Origin: Macrostomum lignano | Lineage: Eukaryota | Assembly (NCBI GenBank): GCA_002269645.1 | Contig: NIVC01001039.1 | Coordinates: forward strand, 62,001 to 126,000 | Reading direction: 5' to 3' | DNA: 64,000 nucleotides | Shown here: positions 10,397 to 21,700 of the stretch, in pieces | How positions within the stretch are numbered: the stretch's first letter is position 1 | Layout of the letters: every line of letters starts with the position of its first letter | Made by a program: the position numbers and the translations under genes | Notes under the pieces: model-generated | What the model was told of the DNA's origin: nothing | Seen by the model: the letters and a program-made list of their open reading frames with translations, nothing else | The model's database searches: none

Positions 10397-12740
10397 GAAG
10401 GAGTTCAAACGTATTTGCGGTCTTAGCTATAGTGATTTCGATAGCTTCTCAGAAATGTTACCAGAAGTATCTCGCCTTCGTATTTTGACAAAGCCGTCTC
10501 GAATATTTTTGTACCTGAAGAAGCTTCGCCAAGGTTGCAGCTTTCAATCATTAGCTTTCGATTTCAACATTTCTGCCCAAAGAGCATGCAACATTTTTTG
10601 GGAGATTGCCAAGGAGCAGTACCTACGGGATCCATATCAACCGAGGTCGATAGCGTCGACTCCGATTCAGACTCTGCTTGAGGAAAATGTAGTACGCGAT
10701 CAATTTATTCTCGGTGTATTTCACACACTACTCAAAGGCAAGAAGCTTGTTCTTCTAGTGGGTGATCATACTTACTTTTATCTCCCTAAGAGCAGCTCAC
10801 ACCACACGCAAATTCGAACTTACTTTTCCGGCAAGAAAATGAATGTGAACAAAAAAATGGCGGTTGTCAACAGTAGAGGAAAAATTATCTACACCGCTCC
10901 CCTTACCGCCGCTATCTCGCCAACAATGGGCGATGGGAATTTGACTGCAATGCAAGTTGACATGGAGGCTGAAGGACTAATAGAGCCCACTTTGTTGCGC
11001 ATTCTGTGCTCTGTACAGAAAGATTATCACGTTATAGGCATTTTCGACAAAGGTTACAGCCACCAGCTTTGTTCACCAACTTCGGTTAACTTCCGCGACT
11101 TTATAGAGACTAATAGTAAAGGCTGCACGACGCTTCTATTTCCGACCAGTCCAGGTGACCGAGTTCTAAACGAGCAGTTTGAATTTGTAAATAATGAGGC
11201 TCCTGTTGGTGACCGATCAATACCAGGAAAGCTTACATCAATCGAAGCAAATACAAGTCGCTGCGCTACGCTTTTCCGTTATCTCGTAGAATGTAGCTTT
11301 GCTGCAATCAAGCAGGACAAATGCATAAATGAGCGACAGGAGCCGTACCAATGGCTACATGCCCCAGAGTTTACCGAACGCAGCCGGCTCGATGTTGTTA
11401 TTGAAAACTCCATGGCAAAATTCAACCGTTCGCATCCAGGATTTCAAGCTACAAGGAGTCTGCCGCCGTCATGGTCAGATTGCTCCATTTTCGAATACGG
11501 ACGGAACTTTGCTAAACGTCTTTTCATTGCGAATGAGCTAGACGAAATTGAGCAACTTGAGTACAATTGCGATTTGACTCGAATACCAACGAGTTCTACC
11601 CGAAAATGGACAGCAGTGGATCCCCTGGACCCTGAAAGTTCAGGGTTCCCCAGCGTTGACGAAAGAAATCTGGAAGAGCTTAGCATCGGCCCATACCACG
11701 TTCTTCAGTCAAAACGCTACATCGAAAACGTCAGAGTTCATGAGGTACTCAGTAGCTACGCTGGAGACTCGTGGCGCGATTTCGAATTGTTGATTTCTGA
11801 ACTGCCAAGCCATTTAAAATGCTGGAAGTTTCATCAGCGAGCGCCACCAAAGGGGTGGAGCAGTAAGTTTGGAGAATGGAGGCCATCTTGGATATATTTA
11901 GCCGTTCTTCATTCCCGTCATCGGTCAAAAACTTACCGAGTTGTCCTTCGTATTTGCGAAACTGCAAGCGGTAACCGATTCGGATTTCGTGACTCGGGGC
12001 TGCTGCGTCTGCATGGCTACTTTTCATCCTCAAAGGCCGGAAGCAGGACAGCAGGGTGTGACAGTCATGTTATGGCTGTGGTTAGAATGCTAGGCTGTTA
12101 TGCATATCACCCCGAAAGCTACAACATGTGCAGCAGCAGCTTCCGATTTATTGACAGTGCTTTGCCAAAAGCACTGATTGCCAATCTTTACAATGATCAA
12201 TCTGGTGGTCATCCAGCTCCAAATGCACCTCGCAGAGACAGTGCTGAATCGCAGCAAGATGAACAGAGGCACAGTTCAAATGCTACTGGTTCATTGAATT
12301 CGCCGAAGAAGTTATTTGGGTTGCCAAATAATGGCCTGCAGTGCTACGCAAATGCAGCAGTGCAATTGTTTCTCTGCCTGCATTCTAATGGATGCATTTT
12401 AAAAGAGACTAGCAACGACCAAGTCCATCGAGAGCTGCTTCGTCTTCTGACGGAGATGCAACAGCGGTCTGCAACAGTCACTCCACTGTTAACGGCAGTT
12501 CGGTTGCAACATCCAGATTCATTTCAAACAAATCAGCGCCATTGCGTCAACGAATTTGTTCAAACGCTTCTAATACATCTGGAATTTCTGTCATCAGATG
12601 CTTTCACAGAATTTTCACTCATTCAAACTTGTCGAGATTGCCAGCGCACAAGTGCTGAAGTTCCTGTTGGCACAATCGATAACAGAGTGATTTGCATTCC
12701 TCTCTGTCAATTTGAGCGCTCAATGCAATTGTCAGTTTAG
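10362..12740 (+). CDS. Transposase (HTH + DDE_Tnp_4-like core + degenerate SWIM-like region) fused to the Cys-box half of a USP/UCH peptidase C19
   Basis: HTH: RIFLYLKKLRQGCSFQSLAFDFNISAQRACNIF. Catalytic candidates: D in GDHT (10764), D in FDKG (11046), E in RYLVE (11289). USP Cys box GLPNNGLQCYANAAVQL (Cys 12342), QRHCVNEF motif and CRDC. Confidence 0.88.
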   Translation: MNPNLFPRTANEKEFKRICGLSYSDFDSFSEMLPEVSRLRILTKPSRIFLYLKKLRQGCSFQSLAFDFNISAQRACNIFWEIAKEQYLRDPYQPRSIASTPIQTLLEENVVRDQFILGVFHTLLKGKKLVLLVGDHTYFYLPKSSSHHTQIRTYFSGKKMNVNKKMAVVNSRGKIIYTAPLTAAISPTMGDGNLTAMQVDMEAEGLIEPTLLRILCSVQKDYHVIGIFDKGYSHQLCSPTSVNFRDFIETNSKGCTTLLFPTSPGDRVLNEQFEFVNNEAPVGDRSIPGKLTSIEANTSRCATLFRYLVECSFAAIKQDKCINERQEPYQWLHAPEFTERSRLDVVIENSMAKFNRSHPGFQATRSLPPSWSDCSIFEYGRNFAKRLFIANELDEIEQLEYNCDLTRIPTSSTRKWTAVDPLDPESSGFPSVDERNLEELSIGPYHVLQSKRYIENVRVHEVLSSYAGDSWRDFELLISELPSHLKCWKFHQRAPPKGWSSKFGEWRPSWIYLAVLHSRHRSKTYRVVLRICETASGNRFGFRDSGLLRLHGYFSSSKAGSRTAGCDSHVMAVVRMLGCYAYHPESYNMCSSSFRFIDSALPKALIANLYNDQSGGHPAPNAPRRDSAESQQDEQRHSSNATGSLNSPKKLFGLPNNGLQCYANAAVQLFLCLHSNGCILKETSNDQVHRELLRLLTEMQQRSATVTPLLTAVRLQHPDSFQTNQRHCVNEFVQTLLIHLEFLSSDAFTEFSLIQTCRDCQRTSAEVPVGTIDNRVICIPLCQFERSMQLSV

Positions 12741-13117
12741 ACAAAATCTTCTGCGCTTTTGTCGCTCCTCAAGTAGTGAAATGTTCGGACGCCAATTGCC
12801 TGGGCGATTGTAATCAAGAGATCGTAGTAACACCTGGAAAGTTTACCCTGATTTATCTTGATCGTGCTAGTATGGATGGCCACCTAAAGCTTCAAACTCC
12901 TGTAAGCTTTTCTGCAAGGTCAGCGGGTGTTTCTACACTTGGTAAGCCAGTGGCCACAATATCACACCATGGAAACCGACTGAAATCGGGACATTTCACA
13001 GCAAGCGTACTGAGCTGTGTGTGGACGAGAATTGACGACATGAAAGTTACGTCAGACTATAACCCGTTCGTACGTGAGCCTGAGTGCATCGTGCTCGTTG
13101 CACTTTTAAACTCGTAA
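12716..13117 (+). CDS. His-box half of the USP domain (-1 frame relative to the main ORF)
   Basis: Frame open from 12716: ALNAIVSLDKIFCAFVAPQVVKCSDANC...TLIYLDR...ATISHHGNRLKSGHFTAS...WTRIDDMKV (His 12992, Asp-Asp 13034-13039). Confidence 0.85.
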   Translation, partial: ALNAIVSLDKIFCAFVAPQVVKCSDANCLGDCNQEIVVTPGKFTLIYLDRASMDGHLKLQTPVSFSARSAGVSTLGKPVATISHHGNRLKSGHFTASVLSCVWTRIDDMKVTSDYNPFVREPECIVLVALLNS

Positions 13118-13464
13118 AAGCATTTTTAGCGAAAATACAATTGTTTTAAGCGAGTGTACTGTACGTTTTGTATTGCAGATTTTAAAGGACATGCAGATTA
13201 AGAAACAATGTCATCTCACGCATTCTTTACGTACCATAGGTTACATGTGAAGATAATTCAGACTGACATCAAATAACAAAAGCTTTGCATTAGTTCTTTC
13301 AATTTCTTTTAGACTCACAATTAGCTAAAAACTGGAAGTATTTTTTACTGAATCAAAGAACTTAAACCCAAAAACCGTTTCTTAGGACTGAGAAACTTTT
13401 GCAATTATGATTTTACTAAGCTATGCGTGAGAGGCGTTACTTTATTTGCTTAAAAACGTGTGCT

Positions 13465-13610
13465 GCTTTGCATGACATGCTTTGTTTTTATTACTTTGAT
13501 AACTTGTACAGCTTTGCATGACATGCTTTGTTTTTATTACTTTGATAACTTGTACAGCTTTGCATGATATGCTTTGTATCTATTACGTCATAACTTGTAC
13601 AGCCTTGCGT
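13465..13610. repeat. Short tandem duplication (~44 bp) in the 3' region of the transposon
   Basis: ctttgcatgacatgctttgtttttattactttgataacttgtacag in about 2.5 copies. Confidence 0.8.
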
Positions 13611-14239
13611 GATATTCTTTATTTTACCAATATACATGGTTTCGGTTTATCGTCAAAAGTTCTGCTTACTAATAACCAAATGAATTTACCAGTTAATTTT
13701 TTCAAACTGAGTTTCCAGATCGGCATTTTTAACACTGTTTCGATACGAACAAATCATTTTTATTACTTAACAATCAATATATAATAGCTGAAATAAAATA
13801 CATCCGCTAATGCGATATTCGAATTGAATAGAGCTTCGTCACTTGAAACCGGATGGGATGTCTCGGCGATTCTAGTCGTCTGGGCCGACAAGTTATCGAT
13901 TTCAGTCGGTTTGGGCCGGAGCTGAACTTCGGGCTCCATTCTGGTGCTTAAGTTGACATCCCCTTTCGCAACGCAGAAAACTACACTGCATGGTTCTTGT
14001 TACATCCTATAATCTACATTAAACCTATAAAATGATTGATTTATGATTGTAAAATTAGATAGCTGCTCGAATTCTGAGCTGGTACCTTTGTTGCTGCAAA
14101 TGATCGAACTCCGCTGGAAACTTTCCCGGCTGGCAAAGTTCGTAGACCAAATTCATATAGCGTTTTTAGTAGGGCAAATGCTTGTCATTGGTTCTGTGCT
14201 GCTTTTACCTGCCTATTTGTGGATGTACTAGCTTTCCAC

Positions 14240-15720
14240 CAGTGGGTTGATACGGGACTGATACCTGTCCATCAGTGGGTATGCTAACTGTCCATCAGTG
14301 GGTGTGATACCTGTCCATCAGTGGGTATGCTAACTGTCCATCAGTGGGTGTGATACCTGTCCATCAGTGGGTATGCTAACTGTCCATCAGTGGGTGTGAT
14401 ACCTGTCCATCAGTGGGTATGCTAACTGTTCATCAGTGGGTATGCTAACTGTCCATCAGTGGGTATGCTAACTGTCCATCAGTGGGTATGCTAACTGTCC
14501 ATCAGTGGGTATGCTAACTGTCCATCAGTGGGTATGCTAACTGTTCATCAGTGGGTATGCTAACTGTTCATCAGTGGGTATGCTAACTGTTCATCAGTGG
14601 GTATGCTAACTGTTCATCAGTGGGTATGCTACCTGTTCATCAGTGGGTATGCTGACTGTTCATCAGTGGGTATGCTAACTGTCCATCAGTGGGTATGCTG
14701 ACTGTTCATCAGTGGGTATGCTAACTGTCCATCAGTGGGTATGCTAACTGTTCATCAGTGGGTATGCTACCTGTTCATCAGTGGGTATGCTACCTGTTCA
14801 TCAGTGGGTATGCTACCTGTTCATCAGTGGGTATGCTACCTGTCCATCAGTGGGTATGCTAACTGTCCATCAGTGGGTATGCTAACTGTTCATCAGTGGG
14901 TATGCTACCTGTTCATCAGTGGGTATGCTACCTGTTCATCAGTGGGTATGCTACCTGTTCATCAGTGGGTATGCTACCTATCCATCAGTGGGTATGCTAC
15001 CTGTCCATCAGTGGGTGTGATACCTGTCCATCAGTGGGTATGCTACCTGTTCATCAGTGGGTATGCTACCTGTCCATCAGTGGGTGTGGTACCTGCCCAT
15101 CAGGTGTGCTACGTACCTGCCCATCAGGTGTGCTACGTACCTGCCCATCAGGTGTGCTACGTACCTGCCCATCAGGTGTGCTACGTTACGTACCTGCCCA
15201 CCAGTGGGTGTGATATCTGTTTATTAGTGGGTGTGATACCTGTCCATCAGTGGGTGTGACACCTGTCTATCAGCATGTGTGCTACCTATCTATCAGTATG
15301 TGCTACCTGTCCATCAGACTGTGTGCTACCTGTCTATCAGCGTGTGCTACCTGTCTATCAGCATGTGCTACCTGTCTATCAGCATGTGCCACCTGTCTAT
15401 CAGCATGTGCCACCTGTCTATCAGTATGTGCTACCTGTCTATCAGTATGTGCTACCTGTCTATCAGTATGTGCTACGTGTCTGTCAGTATGTGCTACCTG
15501 TTCTATCAGTATGTGCTACCTGTCCAATGTCCATCAGTGGGTGTGATACCTGTCCATCAGTATGTGCTACCTGTCCATCAGTATGTGTGTTACCTGTCCT
15601 TCAGTGGGTGTGATACCTGTCCATCAGTATGTGTGTTACCTGTCCATCAGTGGGTGTGATACCTGTCTATTAGTATGTGCTACCTGTCTATCAGTATGTG
15701 CTGCTACCTGTCCAGTAGCA
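14240..15720. repeat. Minisatellite, 23 bp (catcagtgggtatgctaactgtc), drifting into 21-bp variants
   Basis: Long tandem array with gradual change of unit. Confidence 0.95.
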
Positions 15721-16459
15721 TGTGTGCCATTTCCAGTTGCACACAAAGTTGTTAAAAGAACAGAAACAAAGAATGGAAGGCGAAGCATTTCCGAGAATAA
15801 ACTTGAAAAGAAGATATAAGCAACGGTAAAAACGCATGTTACGCATGTAATTTGCAGAAGTGGGAGGTGATTATTAAGACAAAAAACACACAGGGGATTG
15901 CTGTAGAAAGGACAAATGCGACTTAGAATTGGTGCAAGTTGGCAAACGACAAACTGAATATAATAGTACGCATAAAGTATTTTCTTGTAGCAAAACAATG
16001 CCAAGTGAAATATGAATATAAGCAAAAATGAAATAAGGCAGAGAATAGATAAACTGCGATACAGGCGATCACTGTTCGCTCAGAGGCTATTGCGAGAATA
16101 TAAATGGTGATAATAAATAAATCTAATTAATGCAACGGTAAACTAAATAGCAAATTTTATAGACTGGGACATTTAAATGCTAAGATGAATAATGTTTCTA
16201 TACCTCTCAGAAAGTCACTTAATATAGTATTTAATGTAAACTAAGCATTACTTCAAGCGCATTTTGCACTTTTGTTATTGTCGTAAATATTTAATATTTA
16301 TCTATATTTAATAGACGCTGGCGCAGTATGGAGTTCAGTGTATGCAAAGTTTTCTAGGGCCTGGACTCTTTCAGGGGCGCTAGGAGTTTAGAGTATTTAT
16401 TAAAATTGAAAAAGCAGATGCGAACTTGAATCACAAGCCAGAGAGCATAGCTCCCAGCT

Positions 16460-16920
16460 TGGGAATGGGAAAGGGATGGGGAATACTATAGGGACTGGGA
16501 TGTATCAGGGATGGGATTAGGAATGGGGAATGGGGTGGGATTAGGGAGTGGGGAATGGGATTCATTGGGGATGGTATTGGGAATGGGGAATGGGATGGGA
16601 TTAGGAATGGGGAATGGGATGCATTGGGGATGGTATTGGGAATGGGGAATGGGGTGGGATTAGGGAGCAGGGAATGGGATGCATTGGGGATGGTATTGGG
16701 AATGGGGAATGGGGTGGGATTAGGGAGTGGGGAATGGGATGCATTGGGGATGGTATTGGGAATGGGGAATGGTGGGATTAGGGAGTGGGGAGTGGGATGC
16801 ATTAGGGATGGGAATGGGATTAGGGATGGAGAATGGAATGAGATTAGGAATGAATAATCACATTAGATTGGTAATTGGGAATGGGATAGGACTGGGGATG
16901 GGAAATGGGATGGATTGAAA
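16460..16920. repeat. G-rich tandem repeat (gggaatggggaatggggtgggatta-type)
   Basis: Repeated GGG tracts with a ~60-bp higher-order period. Confidence 0.9.
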
Positions 16921-17493
16921 TGGCATGGAATGGGGACGTCATTGATGAGACGGAGACAATGAATAGGATGGGATTACGGGAATAGATGTAAGTTGGATGA
17001 ACTGCTCAAATAAGATGAGTCTTGCTTGCTACAATGTGAGCTACAGGCATCTCTGAATCCACCGAGTAACGTTGACGCGACACCATTGTTTAAGCTGTAG
17101 AGAGTAAGATTTGGAATACTAAAATGAGAAGGCAGAGCCGATAAAAAGGCTGACTGGCTGGCAAGTTGTGCTTCACAAAGACGCTCATAGCGTAAGAGTA
17201 CACTTACTAGGCTACAGCAGTTTAGAATTGAAACGGGAAGCCGGCAGGATAAATTCGCCTATAAAATTTTAAAATGAATGCAACAACAATAGTAAATTGA
17301 GCTTTTGTATGCAGGTAGGCATAATATAACACTGATTTTCGAAAAATAGGATCGGATATACACAAAAAATTATTCTAAAATTGGCTTAATAAAAAAACGA
17401 AACGAAACCGGTAGACGTGAAGAATGAGTTGAAAAGCAGGTATGTAAAGCGTAATTAAGAAGTGTTTCAACTGTGGCACAGAGCAAAGCTGGT

Positions 17494-18468
17494 TCAGCGA
17501 CTGGGAGCCTCTTTGGCCAAGGAGGACAGAAATCCCAGCAGCTGGCGGTGGCTGTCGCCCCTGCTAGCCCGGACCAGATCTCTGTGCAGCAGCCTGTTAG
17601 TGCGGGCCAGCTCCCACAGCCGCTGGCCGTGCTGCTCTGGCGACACGGCCTGTTGAAACCGGCGATTATTGCAGTACATCTGCCACTGCGGCCGCTGGTG
17701 CTGCCGATGCTGGTAAGAGTTGACGAACTCCTGTCTGCGAACAAATTGCTGCTGCTGGAAGCAACCACGCTGTGGCTGATGGTGGAACTGCTGCTTCTGG
17801 CGATTGTAATAATTATAAGCACCGCCGGGTGCATAGCCATAGCCGGGACACCTGGAGTTGCCGGCAAAGCTGCTGCCGAAGCAGTGCGTCAGATTTGTAC
17901 GACGGTTGGCGCCGATGCCACCTCGACCGCCGCGACAACCAGGCCCGGCGTAGCTCGGTTTGTCAGCACTAGAGTCCGAAGCCTCCACCGCTGCCTCTGC
18001 GTTCACCTCAGCCGGCTCCGCTGGAAATTCTGTTGATGTTTCTTCTGGCCGCTCAACAAAAGCCTCATCAGCCTGCAGCTGCTCATTGGCTGGCTCGGCC
18101 TCCGTTTCAACTGCAGCTTTGAACTCTTCTTTTACAGACTTCTGGTCCGCTTTCTCGGCTGATTTCCGGTCCAAACTTCCGGCCGCTGAACGCGACAACG
18201 AGCCGACAGTCTGCGGCGGCCGATTCTCGATGAACTCCAGCAGCCGTTCGATCTCGTCTGCCCCGCGGTGGCCGGCCACCTGGTTGGCTGGGAAGGACCG
18301 CCTGACCCCAGCCTCCTTCTTCTCTTTGCGCCGCTTTGCATAGCTAACCGTATTGTTGTTGGCGTCGAATAGTAGCGTCTTGGTTGGAATGCTAGAGATC
18401 ACCAGCTTGAGAAATGAGCCGTCCTGCTGCAGATCGCAAGAAGAGCCGCTGGCCGCTTTGTTTGCCAT
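17494..18468 (-). CDS. Intronless hypothetical protein, 324 aa (basic, acidic and Q/H-rich low-complexity blocks)
   Basis: ATG in accATGg context, non-repetitive GC-rich ORF with codon style like neighbouring exons. No family recognised. Confidence 0.7.
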   Translation of the reverse strand: MANKAASGSSCDLQQDGSFLKLVISSIPTKTLLFDANNNTVSYAKRRKEKKEAGVRRSFPANQVAGHRGADEIERLLEFIENRPPQTVGSLSRSAAGSLDRKSAEKADQKSVKEEFKAAVETEAEPANEQLQADEAFVERPEETSTEFPAEPAEVNAEAAVEASDSSADKPSYAGPGCRGGRGGIGANRRTNLTHCFGSSFAGNSRCPGYGYAPGGAYNYYNRQKQQFHHQPQRGCFQQQQFVRRQEFVNSYQHRQHQRPQWQMYCNNRRFQQAVSPEQHGQRLWELARTNRLLHRDLVRASRGDSHRQLLGFLSSLAKEAPSR

Positions 18469-18704
18469 GGTCCAATATTATAGCTGGTAGCGAAAGTTGA
18501 AACCGAAATGCTGTAAGAATTTTCATTTTGACCTTTGACATTCATTATAGGCGTAGCACAAGGAATAAGGTTTATTTCATAAAAAAATCATTGTACTTTT
18601 TTTACCTACAATAGCCTAGGATTCTAAGAGCATTTGTGCATTTCTCATAGCATACCCAGAACACAGTGAAGAATACTATTTTATGGCTTCTAGTGATTTT
18701 GAGC

Positions 18705-21700
18705 GGATTACAAATAGTATTACATGGACATGTATGCAAAATATATAAATAAACTTTTTTTTAAAAAACTAGTAAATATTTATTACTAGTCAAAACAATG
18801 ACAAAATTGTATTTTTTATTACTTGAAATTTAATATAGGCCTATAACCTTAAAAGAAATTATATATATTCAAGATTATAATAGTCAAGATTATTCCCTGT
18901 GTATACTAGATTAAAAAGTAATTATTTTCTGGTTTGTATACTAGAAATCTAAATCTAAAATCTGCTAAAAGTTTTAATTTTTATGTACTTTGATTAACCT
19001 TTATTCATATCTAACCTAATCTATACAAGTTAATATTGTATGTTTAACATTTTTTTACTTGTAAGTTGAATCTCAAAAAAATTCAATTATATTTAAGTAT
19101 ATAAATTTTGTCTCCATTTGTTTGTGCATTGACAGTCTTATGACCCAAAAAGATGTCTCTATTCAATTTATTAAATGTTAAGCTAAAGGTCTTTTTTTGT
19201 ACATATTACATGCAGCATTTTTATATATTTGCTACATGCTTCAATGAATTAACAATTTAAATTTAACTTGTATTAGATAATAAAAGATATTCATTTTTCT
19301 ATTAACAAACTGAATACATATGGCAATGCCTTAGTTTTCAACATTGGACTGAACAGCTATATATAGCCTTTAGATATGCTATACAATAAGTGCAAATAAG
19401 CTTTTGGTTCAATATCTGCTTATAAGGTAGGTGTAATCATTTATTAGTTATAAGATACAAACATAGTTTCAAATAACTTATATTATATTGCCTTACAGAT
19501 GCATTAAGTTTTTATATATAATTTTAGATTGGCAATTAGGGAATACAAAATCTAAAGTTCTGCCAATCTTGGGATTTTTAGGATTGGGGTATCCCAGACT
19601 TTGAAAATCCTAAGATTATTGGGATCAGGATATCCTAGACTTTTCCTATCCCAGGATCTCAACAAATTGGGCTGGGATCATAGGATTGAGAAAGTGTCTA
19701 ATTTTTTTTGGTGCAATTTTGGCTTATGAAGCCATCTAATCTGATTTCAAATGGCTTTTAAACATATAAATAGAATAGAATAAAATATTTTGCAAACAAG
19801 AAACTGATAGTGAGCTCTAAATTAGTGTGATATATAGACTAGCATATAGACAAGCTTTTTTATATGCCAGTATCAGCTCAGGAAAATCACACCTGGTTGT
19901 GATAAAACTTGGGGAATGATAGCTTAGACCTATGGCATGAGATACTAATAACAAGATAGGAGATCAGACCTCACACTCCTAGGGGCACCCACCCTAGATG
20001 GAGAATTGGTAGCTTTGGTTATAGTCTAATAGCAAGGTTTAACAAATTGGTTGAAATATATTTTGTGACAAAGTTGTATAATATCTATGTAAAAAATGTA
20101 TATTCACAATAATGGCAAAAACACACTTAATATAACACATTGAAAAATTCAATTTGGATGCATAGCATAGGACTTGGTTGAGATTGTGTAACTATACTGT
20201 TAACTTTAATAGAGACTGGTACTAACTAGAATACCTAAAAATTGATTATGTCTAACTGCTTTGTGTTCTTTAAACTCTAACTGACTTAGTATAGATATTG
20301 AATTATAAGTGATATAAATTTTATTTTTATCCAATAAGAGCTAGCCTAGATATAAACAGGCTGACTTGCTAATGTAGCAACTTGAAGTCAAATCTTAGTT
20401 ATGTATTTTTTATAAAAAGCTTTTAACACAGAGCATTATCATATAAAGGAAGCACCATGTAAAGCATAAAAGACTAAAATATTACTATACTGGTTGAAAA
20501 AAAGATTATTGCATTAGCTGAGACATGGATTATTGCACTAGTAGAAAAAAGGATTTATTGCACTAGCTAAAAAAGGATTATTACTTTTAATAAGAAAATG
20601 ACTATTATACTATTTGAAGAAATTGCTATATTCACTTTTTTTTCTAGGGGGATTCTTGCTATATAGGGGATAGGCTAAGGATGCTTGCAATCTAAGTGGG
20701 GATGCTTTTTATTAGGGGGGATACTTGCTATCTAGAAGAATTGCTAAGATGTTGAGGCTTATAAAGGATTGCTAAAATTTCTAGGCTTACTAGGGAATCT
20801 TTGAGATTTCAAGATTTACTAGGAGAATTGCTGAGGTGTCAAGGCCTATTAGATGAATTATTAAATGAGATATCAAGGCTTACTAAGGGAATAACTAAGA
20901 TGTTAAGGCTTACTAGGGGAATCAATGAGATGTCAAGGATTATTAGGCCTTAAGAGAATTGCTAAGGCTTTGAGACCTATTAGAGGAATTGCTATTACTA
21001 AGTTAAGGCTTTTTAGAATGGTTTAAATATCAAAGCAAATAGGATTTCCTAAATATTTTTTGTCTTTTGCTTATTGGATATCTTATTATAGGGGGATAAC
21101 ATGGATAGTCTATATACTAATTTTGTGTTGTTTGTCTATCTGTCTTTCTATTTGTCTATCTATCTTAATTTTTTTGAATTTTCTGGCCAATTTTTATGAA
21201 GTTTTATGATCTTTTGCAATTCTCATTGTAGGCTTGCAATTTAATTGTGGCATTGATCAATATTATCATTTACCAACTAGTCTAATAGATGATCAATGAA
21301 AGAGTAAAGGTTATAAAGCTAGCTTAAAATTTATCAACACTTAAACTGTTTCAATCTTGTTTGTATTATATTATCTTATGACATACATAGGGCCTAGAGA
21401 AAGTAGGCCTAGTGTAGTTGCAGATAAAGACAGTAGCTTAATTTTTTAGAGCCATTTCAATGAAAATATAATATAGTTTAGGCCTACTTTTATTGTAATA
21501 AAAGCCAGAAAAATAGACCTAGGCCTACTTTTAAAAGTTTTTTTCCTTTTTAAGACAAAACATTTGGCAATCTTGCAGTTTGTTTTACATAATTATTTTA
21601 AGTTTATTTAAACTTTTACAAATTAGGCCCTATTATTGGCACATTAGATTGACTTAATTACACAAAAGAAACTGCAGGATTGCCACATTTTTCTCTTTTT

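Larger units (their letters stand above)
8660..13963 (+). mobile_element. PHIS-group (ISL2EU/Harbinger/Spy-related) TIR DNA transposon encoding a transposase-USP deubiquitinase fusion
   Basis: The ~160-bp right TIR (13805-13963) is the reverse complement of 8660-8772 plus 9875-9918, with ~3 mismatches. Termini GGGG...CCCC, flanks cgAAA and TTTcg, internal DDE transposase ORF. Confidence 0.92.

Noticed and set aside
8574-14032. Open frames across the reconstructed empty site of the transposon
   Set aside because: Two different frames stay open for ~45-55 codons and neither is recognisable, so I cannot claim the insertion disrupted an exon.
19140-19510. Possible hAT/Buster transposase remnant (RQYNISYLK on the minus strand)
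   Set aside because: Only a few residues resemble the motif and the frames are full of stops; not supportable without an HMM search.
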